64,000 nt of DNA from an uncultured candidatus Brocadiaceae bacterium (GTDB lineage Bacteria; Planctomycetota; Brocadiia; SM23-32). The position numbers and the translations under genes are program-made. Location: contig CAZFSS010000002.1 of NCBI GenBank assembly GCA_964521715.1, positions 151,828-215,827 on the forward strand, read 5' to 3'. Shown piece after piece: positions 28,866-37,010 of this stretch. The notes under the pieces are model-generated. The model was not told the DNA's origin and searched no databases. It saw nothing but the letters and a program-made list of their open reading frames with translations. Position 1 is the first letter of the stretch. Every line of letters begins with the position of its first letter.

Positions 28866-29573
28866 ATGGACCGCACCGAGAAGCTGCACATCGCGGCGTT
28901 CGGAGCGCACGCCGGGGACGTGGAGTTCACGTGCGCCCACGTGCTCGCCAAGTACGCCATGCACGGGCACAGGGCGACGATCGTGCACGTGACGCTGGGC
29001 GAGGCCGGGCACCCCGGGATGTCGCGTCAGGACTATGCCGAACAGCGCAAGGTCGAGACGCGCGCGGCGGCCGAGATCCTGGGCGCTGAGGTCCGCTACA
29101 TGCCCTACGCCGACGGCGAGCTGACGGCGTCCCCGGAGACGGAACTCGCCGTCTGCGACCGGATCCGCGAACTAAAGCCCGACATCGTGCTGACACACTG
29201 GCGCGGCAGCCTCCACCAGGACCACGTGCTGACCCACCACCTGGTGACGCGAGCGGTGCTGCTGGCGCGGCTCGATTCGGTCCGGCGCGATCTGCCTCCC
29301 CACGCCGTCGGGAGCGTCTATTTCGCGGAGAACTGGGAGGACCCGCAGGACTTCGTGCCGGAGGTCTACGTGGACATCGAGGAGTCGTATGAGAGGTGGC
29401 TGGAGGCGGCAAACAGGCACGCGTTGTTCCGCGGCGAAGTCGTCAGGTTCCCCTACCAGGAGTACTACAAGGCACTGGCCCGCGTGCGGGGCGCCGAGTC
29501 GGGCTGCCAGCACGCCATCGCCCTCATGCGGCACAGGCCGGTCGAGAAACGCGCCCTCCAGTTCCTGCCGTGA
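28866..29573 (+). CDS. PIG-L family deacetylase (LmbE-like)
   Basis: The IAAFGAHAGDVEFTCAHVLAKY ... HQDHVLTHHL motifs (His-x-Asp-Asp and HxxH zinc site) fit PIG-L/LmbE. ATG at 28866. Confidence 0.75.
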   Translation: MDRTEKLHIAAFGAHAGDVEFTCAHVLAKYAMHGHRATIVHVTLGEAGHPGMSRQDYAEQRKVETRAAAEILGAEVRYMPYADGELTASPETELAVCDRIRELKPDIVLTHWRGSLHQDHVLTHHLVTRAVLLARLDSVRRDLPPHAVGSVYFAENWEDPQDFVPEVYVDIEESYERWLEAANRHALFRGEVVRFPYQEYYKALARVRGAESGCQHAIALMRHRPVEKRALQFLP

Positions 29574-29615
29574 TCGCACCCGGGGGGCCGGCGCCCGCCA
29601 CGGAGGCTCACGCCA

Positions 29616-30569
29616 ATGAAGCCCGGCATCAGGGACTACCGGATGGACGACGCGGAGGCCGTGGTCGAGCTGTGGGACCGCTGCCTCGTGCGCGATCCCA
29701 TCACGCGCGGCATCTTCGAGGACAAGGTCCTGCTCGACCCCAACTTCGACGTCGGGGGCTGCAAGGTGGCTGAAGCGGACGGGCGCATCGTCGGCTTCGC
29801 CCACGCCGTCGTGCGGACGACTCCCTACCCGCGCGGCTTCGAGGCCCTGCTGGAAGCCGACCGGGACAAGGGCTGGATCGTCGCCCTGTTCGTCCATCCG
29901 GACCAGCGCCGCCGGGGCATCGGCAGCGCGCTGCTCGATGAGGCGCTCCAGTTCATCCGCGCCCGGGGCAGGAAGCAGGCGATCCTCTTCAACTACACGC
30001 CCAACTACCTGCTCGTCGGCGTGGACCGCGAGGGCTACCCCGGCGCGCTCGAGTTCTACCGCCGTCACGGGTTCGAGCCCGGCGGGGAGACCGTGGGGAT
30101 GGGCATCGACCTGAACGGCTTCGTCGTGCCCGAGGCCGTCTGGCAGACGGAAGCGAAGCTGAAGGAAGGCGGCATCGAGGCGCGCCCCTTCGACCGCCGC
30201 TACATCGTGCCCGCCGTTTCCTTCTTCCTGGAGCACTTCCCCACCTGGCTCCACTACTTCGAAGACAAGCTCGCGCGCGGCCACGAGCCGGACGAGATGG
30301 TGATCGTGCTGCGCGGCGACGAGGTCGTCGGCTACTGCCAGCACCGCTATTACCACCACGTCGAGCGCACCGGCCCGTTCGGCGTCCGGGCCGACCTGAG
30401 GGGCAAGAAGGTCGGCACCGTGATGCTCCACAAGCTGCTGGAGCGCATGGCCCAGAAGGGCTACAAGTACGCCTGGTTCACGTCGACCGACCTGGGGACG
30501 GCGGATTACTACGCGAAGGCGGGCTACAAGGTGATACGCCGCCACGTGGGGATGGCCAGGGGGCTGTGA
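29616..30569 (+). CDS. GNAT family N-acetyltransferase (tandem GNAT domains)
   Basis: Two acetyl-CoA binding motifs (QRRRGIGSALL; RGKKVGTVMLHKLL) in 317 aa. Confidence 0.7.
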   Translation: MKPGIRDYRMDDAEAVVELWDRCLVRDPITRGIFEDKVLLDPNFDVGGCKVAEADGRIVGFAHAVVRTTPYPRGFEALLEADRDKGWIVALFVHPDQRRRGIGSALLDEALQFIRARGRKQAILFNYTPNYLLVGVDREGYPGALEFYRRHGFEPGGETVGMGIDLNGFVVPEAVWQTEAKLKEGGIEARPFDRRYIVPAVSFFLEHFPTWLHYFEDKLARGHEPDEMVIVLRGDEVVGYCQHRYYHHVERTGPFGVRADLRGKKVGTVMLHKLLERMAQKGYKYAWFTSTDLGTADYYAKAGYKVIRRHVGMARGL

Positions 30570-30588
30570 CCAAGGCCCGTGCCGCCGC

Positions 30589-31878
30589 TCAGGCGCGGCA
30601 CTCCTGTTCGATGCGGCGGCAGACCTCGACGGCGGTCTGGATGCGCTCCCCGGGCTGCTTGGCCATCATCTGCTGGATGATCCCGGAGGCGCTGAGGGCC
30701 AGGTCCCTGCGCACCCGGTGCGGGGGCACGAGCGGCTCGTCAAGGTGCTTCTGGCAGACCTCCAGCGCCGTCCCGCCAGTGAACGGCGGCTGCCCCGTCA
30801 CCATGTGATACCACGTGGCCCCCAGGGAGTAGATGTCGCTGCGCGCGTCCGCGCGCCTGGCGTCCCTGATCTGCTCGGGCGCCATGTAGGAGGGCGTGCC
30901 CATGCCCACGCCGCTGGGAGTGAGCGCCGTCAGGTCGGGATCGGCGCGGCGCACCAATCCCAGATCGGCCAGCTTCGCCACGCCTTCGCGCGTGACAAGG
31001 ATGTTGCTCGGCTTGATGTCGCGATGGATCACGCCTTGCTCGTGCGCGTAGGCCAGCCCCCTGGCGGTCTGCATCACGATTCGGGAGGCCTCGCCCGGCG
31101 CCAGGGGCCCCGACTCCAGGATCATGTCCCGCACGCTCTTGCCGGGGACGAACTCCATGGCGTAGAAGTAGCGCCCGCCGTCCTCCTCAAACGCAACGCC
31201 CCTGACGATGTTCGGGTGTTCGAGCTTCATCGCCGCCTGGGCTTCGCGGAAGAAGCGCGTCAGCAGCGGACGCTTTCTGGCCACGTCGGCCGGCAGCACC
31301 TTGAGGGCCACGGTGCTGTCGTCCGGGCCGTGCGCGAGCCACACGCTGCCCATGCCGCCCTGGCCGATCTTGCGCACGATGGCAAACTGGCCCAGCGTGT
31401 CCACGTCGAGGTCGCCGGCCGCCTGCCGCAGCCTCTCGGCCGCCTCCTGGTCGAGCAGGTTCTGGAGGACGGCGCAATCCCACAGCGGGATGATCGACCC
31501 CTGCTCCCGCTTCCTGGCCTGGAACTCCAGGCATCGGCGCAGCTGGTCGCGCGTCAGCGCCCGTTGCGTCAACGCAAGCCGCCCGAACCGGTCCTCCTGG
31601 GGCGTGCCCACCGCGGCGACCACCATCGGCAGCGCGGCCGCCTGTGCGTGGGGCTTCTCGGCAGTCGGCTCGCCGAGCCCCCGCTTAGGCTTACCGTCGC
31701 GAGGCGGCCCGATCGGTTTACCCCATGGCTCCAGGTCGAACCGAGGGCTGATCCACCTGTTATACACCGCCCTGCTGAGGTGGTAGAGGCCGCCCAGTAT
31801 CAGCGCGACTGTCCCCATGCCCAGCAGGATGGCCGCTGGTCCCAAGAAGACTCGCAGGTCGATAGAGCCGATCTGCAC
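30589..31878 (-). CDS. Serine/threonine protein kinase with N-terminal TM anchor
   Basis: Kinase domain with GQGGMGSVWLA, VALK, HRDIKPSNILV and DLGLV motifs. N-terminal TM helix. Confidence 0.8.
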   Translation of the reverse strand: MQIGSIDLRVFLGPAAILLGMGTVALILGGLYHLSRAVYNRWISPRFDLEPWGKPIGPPRDGKPKRGLGEPTAEKPHAQAAALPMVVAAVGTPQEDRFGRLALTQRALTRDQLRRCLEFQARKREQGSIIPLWDCAVLQNLLDQEAAERLRQAAGDLDVDTLGQFAIVRKIGQGGMGSVWLAHGPDDSTVALKVLPADVARKRPLLTRFFREAQAAMKLEHPNIVRGVAFEEDGGRYFYAMEFVPGKSVRDMILESGPLAPGEASRIVMQTARGLAYAHEQGVIHRDIKPSNILVTREGVAKLADLGLVRRADPDLTALTPSGVGMGTPSYMAPEQIRDARRADARSDIYSLGATWYHMVTGQPPFTGGTALEVCQKHLDEPLVPPHRVRRDLALSASGIIQQMMAKQPGERIQTAVEVCRRIEQECRA

Positions 31879-31949
31879 AGTTTACGATTCCTATCGGAGG
31901 GCGCAGCGCACCGGGTCGCGCAGGACTATAGTCGTGGGGGAGCCGACTG

Positions 31950-32861
31950 TCAAGACGGGCGTGCAGCGGCCCGCCCGCCCCCGCCGACCGGGCCCTCCTC
32001 GACAGCGGCGGACCGCTGAAGCAGCGTCACCAGCGCCCAGGCATAAAGCATCGAGTCGGCCAGAATCTCGATCCCGTGCAGCCCCCGCATGAAGAGCGGC
32101 AGCCAGAAGCTCTGGATCAGTCCGAACAGCCCTACCAGCGCGAAGTGCGCGAACCCGAGGGCCAGGATCAGCCGCCCCCGCGGCCCCGACCAGGCCACCA
32201 GGATGGGAAGCGAAACGAGGAGGAACAGCACGCTGCGCACCATCTGGACGGGGATGATCGTCCCCCAGCCCGGCATACGCAGCCCGAAGGCCCCCTCCCT
32301 GTAGTAGTCGGCCACGATCAGCCCGACGGGCGTGCCGAACAGGAAGTAGACGGCGGGGAAAGCCAGCACCGCCAGCCCAAGGCGCCACGCCCACGACGCG
32401 TCCCGCCGGCCCGAGAAGAAACGCCTCAGGTCCTCGCAGAGGCGGCCCTCGCCGTCCTCAGCCCTGAACAGCAGCGCCACCAGCCCCGCGCACATCAGGC
32501 ACGGCAGCAGAACGAGCGCCGCCATCGCGCCCGTCCCGCGCATCGTCGTGAAGACATGGGCCTCTATGGCGGTGTTGACGCCCAGCGTCACGAACGCGAA
32601 CGCACCCAGCATCGTCCACCGAGTCCCGAACCGGCCGCACAGACTGCGGGCGACCGGCGCCAGCCCGAGCACCACCACAAGGCTGCCGAGGAGCAGGCCG
32701 GCGGCCATCGTGGCTTCATCTGCCCCCTCCGGCATGGCAGGGAGCTCGAGCCCGAGCGCCTGGACCAACGCGGCGCCCGCCATCGTGCCGACGACGTAAG
32801 CCGCCGCACAGACGGGCACCTTCCACAGATAGGACAGGGCAGTTCCGATCGCAGTTCTCAC
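31950..32861 (-). CDS. Integral membrane protein, hypothetical
   Basis: 303 aa with 8 or more hydrophobic helices. The overlapping + strand ORFs are Arg/Pro/Gln-rich artefacts. Confidence 0.5.
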   Translation of the reverse strand: MRTAIGTALSYLWKVPVCAAAYVVGTMAGAALVQALGLELPAMPEGADEATMAAGLLLGSLVVVLGLAPVARSLCGRFGTRWTMLGAFAFVTLGVNTAIEAHVFTTMRGTGAMAALVLLPCLMCAGLVALLFRAEDGEGRLCEDLRRFFSGRRDASWAWRLGLAVLAFPAVYFLFGTPVGLIVADYYREGAFGLRMPGWGTIIPVQMVRSVLFLLVSLPILVAWSGPRGRLILALGFAHFALVGLFGLIQSFWLPLFMRGLHGIEILADSMLYAWALVTLLQRSAAVEEGPVGGGGRAAARPS

Positions 32862-33016
32862 GGGCGTCGGCTCCTCCGGTCAGGGCGCCCCGAGCCCCAA
32901 CGACAGCGGCAGCGGACGGCATTGTACCGCTGCGGCGCCGCGCCCGCCACAGGCACAATCTTGACAAACAAGGGCGGCCGACGTACGCTTGCCATCGGAT
33001 ATCGAGGAGGCGACCT

Positions 33017-34177
33017 ATGGACGGGCCGACCGGGGGCAGCGCCGTGGAGCGGGGTGGCGTGAGCGCCGGCGACTTCGCCACCGAGGTCCTTGCCGGCCTG
33101 GTCCTGGTGGGCCTGGCTGCAACGCGGCTCCACAACTTCCTGCTCTTCCACAGCCTCGCCGAGATCTTCAGCATCGTCGTCGCGTGCGGCACCTTCATGG
33201 TCGTGTGGAACGCACGCCGGTACGTCGTCAACAACTACGTGATGTTCATCGGCATCGCGCTGTTGTTCGTCGCCCTGGTGGACACGCTCCACATGCTGGC
33301 GTACAAGGGCATGGGGGTGTTCCAGACGCCGGGCAGCAACCTGACCGTCCAGCTCTGGATGGTGGCCCGCTTGCTGCAGGGCGTCTCGTTCCTGCTCGCG
33401 CCCATTTTCATCCGCCGCAGGCTCAGGGCCGTTCCCGTGCTCGTCTTCTACGTCCTGGCCACGTTCCTCCTGCTCGCGTCGGTCTTCTACTGGGACCTGT
33501 TCCCCGTGTGCTACACGGAGGGCGCCGGGCTTACGGCCTTCAAGAAGGCCAGCGAATACGCCGTATGCGCCGTCCTGATCGGCTCGATGTTCCTGCTGCT
33601 GAAGAACCGCCGCTCGTTCGACCGCCACGTGGTGAGCGTGCTGGTCCTGTCCCTGGGGTTCACCATAGCCTCCGAGCTCGCCTTCACGCTGTACGTGGAC
33701 GTCGACAGCCCCGTCAGCATGCTGGGCCACCTGCTGAAGATCGTGGCCTTCTACCTCATTTACAAGGCCGTCATCGAGGCCAGCCTCGTGCGGCCCCACC
33801 GGACCCTATACAGGGAGTTGAAGGAAAGCGAGGAGGCCCTGCGCGCCAGCGAGCTGCGCTTCCGCCGAATGGTCGACGAGAGCCCGGACGGCGTGGTCGT
33901 GGTCAGCCAGGGCGGAATCGTCCGCTACATGAACCCCGCTTCCCAGGCGCTCCTGGGCGCGAAGGCCGACGCGATGATCGGCAAGCCTTTCCAGCACTCA
34001 ATCAAGCCGGGCAAGACGACGCTGCTGAGCATCGCGCCCGTGGAAACGGGCACGGTCACCCTCAGGGCCCGCATGGTCGGGACGCAGTGGGTCGGCGAGC
34101 CGGCCTACCTGCTGACCCTGCACGACATAAGCGACCAGCACCCCGTCGACACGGAGCCGCAGGCCCGGCTGCCGTAG
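33017..34177 (+). CDS. Membrane sensor protein (MASE-like multi-TM N-terminus + PAS domain), no output domain
   Basis: A seven-TM-like N-terminal region is followed by a PAS fold (RFRRMVDESPDGVVVVSQGGIVRYMNPASQALLG). The protein stops straight after the PAS domain, at the island boundary. Confidence 0.6.
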   Translation: MDGPTGGSAVERGGVSAGDFATEVLAGLVLVGLAATRLHNFLLFHSLAEIFSIVVACGTFMVVWNARRYVVNNYVMFIGIALLFVALVDTLHMLAYKGMGVFQTPGSNLTVQLWMVARLLQGVSFLLAPIFIRRRLRAVPVLVFYVLATFLLLASVFYWDLFPVCYTEGAGLTAFKKASEYAVCAVLIGSMFLLLKNRRSFDRHVVSVLVLSLGFTIASELAFTLYVDVDSPVSMLGHLLKIVAFYLIYKAVIEASLVRPHRTLYRELKESEEALRASELRFRRMVDESPDGVVVVSQGGIVRYMNPASQALLGAKADAMIGKPFQHSIKPGKTTLLSIAPVETGTVTLRARMVGTQWVGEPAYLLTLHDISDQHPVDTEPQARLP

Positions 34178-34435
34178 GCGCGGCGCGGTTTCTGAGGGCA
34201 GATGTGGGCCGGGGCAGCGCAAGCGAGAGGATCAACCGAAAGACCAGAAGGCGGGGCAGTCGGACGGCCCGGGAGGCCGAGATCGACGAGCTGGCTGCTG
34301 ACCTCTGGGGCCTGTCGAAGGCGGAGCTGAAGGACATCCAGGATTCCTTGGCGGACCTAATGGAATGAGTGGTTGAGGCGTCGGCGGACATGTCGGGTCA
34401 AGTCACACATCACGGGTGGGTCGAAGGGGAATCCA

Positions 34436-36049
34436 ATGCCGGGTACTAGGCCGTTCGGTACGAAAGACATAGGCGGCGAGCTATTGCCGATCCTCACGCG
34501 GGGCATCTACCGTGACCCGCTGGACACGCTTAGGGAGTACGTCCAGAACTCCATAGATGCTGGCGCTCACCATATCCAGGTCGCGATCACCTCTGACCTC
34601 ATCTCGGTGCGCGACGACGGAGCGGGCATGACGCGACAGGTCGCCGAGCGCGCCATCCGCTTGGGCATGTCCGACAAGGACCCTACTCAGGACGTTGGTT
34701 TCAGGGGCATAGGTGTCTACAGCGCTTTTAACGTATGCCAGAAGCTGGAAATCTACACGCGCCCGCGAGCCGGAGAGCCTTCCAAGTTGGTGTTCGACTT
34801 TGCGAGAACCCGCGAGAAGCTTCAGGACGAAGAGCAGCGCAGGCTGAACGGCAAGCCCTCAGGGCTCGACTTGGTGGCCCTATTGGGCGACTCGGTGTGG
34901 GTCGAGGAGTGCAGCGAGTGCCCAATAGCAGCAAGCGGCACAGTGGTGTTACTGGTAGGCATCCGGGGTGACGTGTACGGCCGACTGACAGACCGAGGGG
35001 CGGTCCGTCAGTATCTGGAGTCAGTTGTACCGCTACCGTTCCCGCCGGCGTTTGCCTATAAGCATCAGATAGAGGCCAGGTTCCGACAGGATGATTACCG
35101 GGTGGTGGACATGGAACTCACCATAGACGGACGGAACGAGGCCATTTGCAGGCCGTACCGGGACTCCATGTTCACACACGGCAAAGGGATTGGGCCGAAG
35201 TTCTACCCTCTGAGCCATGTTCTGGCTCGCGGCAAGCTGGGGTTCGCCTGGGTCTGCCTTAACGACGCACGTAGGTACCTGCCCGACCGGGCATTGCGCG
35301 GCCTTCTGGTCAAGAAGTTCGGCTTCTCTGTTGGTGACAGGGATTACTTCGCCCGCTACTTCTCGCGCCAGGTCTTCAACAACCGTGTGACGGGCGAGAT
35401 CATCGTTACCCGTGACGAGCTCGTTCCGAACGCTGCAAGGTCTGAGTTCGAACCTAGCCCCATCCGAGATGCTCTTTACCTCGCCTTCTCCAACCTGGCG
35501 GCCAAGGTTTCGAGGTGGGCCAACCAGGTTCAAGAGGAACTGAAAGCCAGAGAAGAGCTTCAGGAGATCTCTCCTGAGGTCTTCAGAATCGCCGAAGAAG
35601 TTCCTCTGTCGGAACGGGACGTACCTAAGCTATTGTCTCTGAATAACGTACTCTCCTCCTACGAGAGCAGGCTCAGGACTCACCACGCGAAACTGAAGAA
35701 GATGAACCCAGGGCTGCTCAGGCGGACGCTGACGGCGCTTGCTCAGACCCAGGACACCATCGCCGAGGTGCTAAGCGCTCAACAGCTCGGAGGTGAGGCG
35801 CGCAAAGGGCGGGTAAGACGGGCCGGGAGGCTGCTGGTTACCGCACCATCCGAAGAGGAGCTCGCCCACGCGCGGGAGAAACCCCATACCCTGGTCGACA
35901 TCGTTGGCTATCTCGGCATGGACCTCAGCGCTGACGCCACCCTTCTTCTTGAGTACATCGACAGGGAAGTCCTGCAGCGGAAGCTCTCGCCTGTAGAGTA
36001 CGCCGAGTGCATGGCGGATCTCCTTGCGTTCCTGGAGGAGAGCCTGTGA
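34436..36049 (+). CDS. GHKL-superfamily ATPase (Hsp90/MORC-like, HATPase_c_3) with ~400-aa C-terminal region
   Basis: Bergerat-fold motifs are present: N-box LREYVQNSIDAGA, G1 box ISVRDDGAGM, G2 box VGFRGIGVYSAF (compare Hsp90 IGQFGVGFYSAF). An RBS-like GAAGGGGA precedes the ATG at 34436. The stop is 2 nt before the next gene. Confidence 0.7.
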   Translation: MPGTRPFGTKDIGGELLPILTRGIYRDPLDTLREYVQNSIDAGAHHIQVAITSDLISVRDDGAGMTRQVAERAIRLGMSDKDPTQDVGFRGIGVYSAFNVCQKLEIYTRPRAGEPSKLVFDFARTREKLQDEEQRRLNGKPSGLDLVALLGDSVWVEECSECPIAASGTVVLLVGIRGDVYGRLTDRGAVRQYLESVVPLPFPPAFAYKHQIEARFRQDDYRVVDMELTIDGRNEAICRPYRDSMFTHGKGIGPKFYPLSHVLARGKLGFAWVCLNDARRYLPDRALRGLLVKKFGFSVGDRDYFARYFSRQVFNNRVTGEIIVTRDELVPNAARSEFEPSPIRDALYLAFSNLAAKVSRWANQVQEELKAREELQEISPEVFRIAEEVPLSERDVPKLLSLNNVLSSYESRLRTHHAKLKKMNPGLLRRTLTALAQTQDTIAEVLSAQQLGGEARKGRVRRAGRLLVTAPSEEELAHAREKPHTLVDIVGYLGMDLSADATLLLEYIDREVLQRKLSPVEYAECMADLLAFLEESL

Positions 36050-36050
36050 C

Positions 36051-37010
36051 ATGGCGGCGATGTTCGCGGACCATCCACGAAAGAAGGTAGTGCGCGAGGA
36101 CTGGGATACTCCCGTCCTCAACTTCCTGCACGACAGGTGGAACCACGGATACTTCTACTTTGGGCTGCCGGGGCCACAAGCCTTGGACATCAGGCTGTGG
36201 CGCGAGATGATCCGCCGGGTGGTCGCGTTCGAAATCGAGGAAGCGCACTCCAGAGATCCGAGGAGATCGATTGTCGAGCTCAACAGGCAGTTGGCGCTAC
36301 TTGGGGTGCCGTACTCAGTGTACTGCGGTCCTTTGGAGGAAGTCGTGTTGGGCGGCGTAGACTATGATGGTAGGCAGCTCGAGATCAAGGAGTTTGTTAC
36401 GCTGTTCAACCTGGACTTCTGCAATTCCATCACCGGAGCAGTGCGAACGGCTCATGGCAAGAGATACCTGCGTTTCGAGGCCCTCCGAGAGATCGTGAGC
36501 TTCCAACGACGACTCTACCGTGCTGCAGGGGTCTCCCGGTTTGTGATGCTGGTCACGGTACAGGATGCTTTCCACGTCCGACAGCTTAGGAGCTTCGTGT
36601 CAAACCCCGACCTGCCATCGGAGACAGCCGACTACTTAAGTGAGGTCCTAAGGGACAGAGGTCTACCGGACAAGGCCTTCGCATGCGATACCGCTCTACT
36701 GAAGGCCTTCGTCTTCACGTGTCTCAGAGAGTACCTGAGAGGGCAAAACGCCACTTCAGTCTTTCTGCCGCCCGTCGTCTACTATGGTGCTGCCGGACAT
36801 ACTCAGATGATGCACTTCGTCGTCGTGTGCGCCATGGAGAGGGAGGATACCGCCCTGGTTGAGGATCCCCAGGGGGCGGCGGATTTCCTTGGCATGCAGG
36901 TGTTGCGGGCCGACGAGCGGGATATCAAACCAGAGGCGGCTTGCGGCCCAGTGCGCGCTGTGGTCACTGATAGCGTCTCAGTTGTCAGGAACTACCTCTT
37001 CGATGAGTAG
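36051..37010 (+). CDS. Hypothetical protein, possible divergent Rossmann-fold (methyltransferase-like) protein; middle gene of the island operon
   Basis: 320 aa. A beta1-loop-helix-beta2 pattern (YFYFGLPGPQALDIRLWREMIRRVVAFEIEE) and a later LFNLDFCNS resemble SAM-MTase motifs I/II/IV, but weakly. The start is 2 nt after the upstream stop and the end overlaps the next gene by 8 nt. Confidence 0.55.
   Translation: MAAMFADHPRKKVVREDWDTPVLNFLHDRWNHGYFYFGLPGPQALDIRLWREMIRRVVAFEIEEAHSRDPRRSIVELNRQLALLGVPYSVYCGPLEEVVLGGVDYDGRQLEIKEFVTLFNLDFCNSITGAVRTAHGKRYLRFEALREIVSFQRRLYRAAGVSRFVMLVTVQDAFHVRQLRSFVSNPDLPSETADYLSEVLRDRGLPDKAFACDTALLKAFVFTCLREYLRGQNATSVFLPPVVYYGAAGHTQMMHFVVVCAMEREDTALVEDPQGAADFLGMQVLRADERDIKPEAACGPVRAVVTDSVSVVRNYLFDE

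Noticed and set aside
29172-30545. 457-aa - strand ORF
   Set aside because: Antisense to the PIG-L and GNAT genes.
30718-34368. Long ORFs 30718..32019 (+), 32076..33062 (+), 32858..33799 (-), 32989..34368 (+)
   Set aside because: Antisense or out-of-frame relative to the STK, the membrane protein and the PAS sensor. Arg/Pro/Gly/Gln-rich. Only the last ~55 codons of 32989..34368 look protein-like; this is reported separately as a possible remnant.
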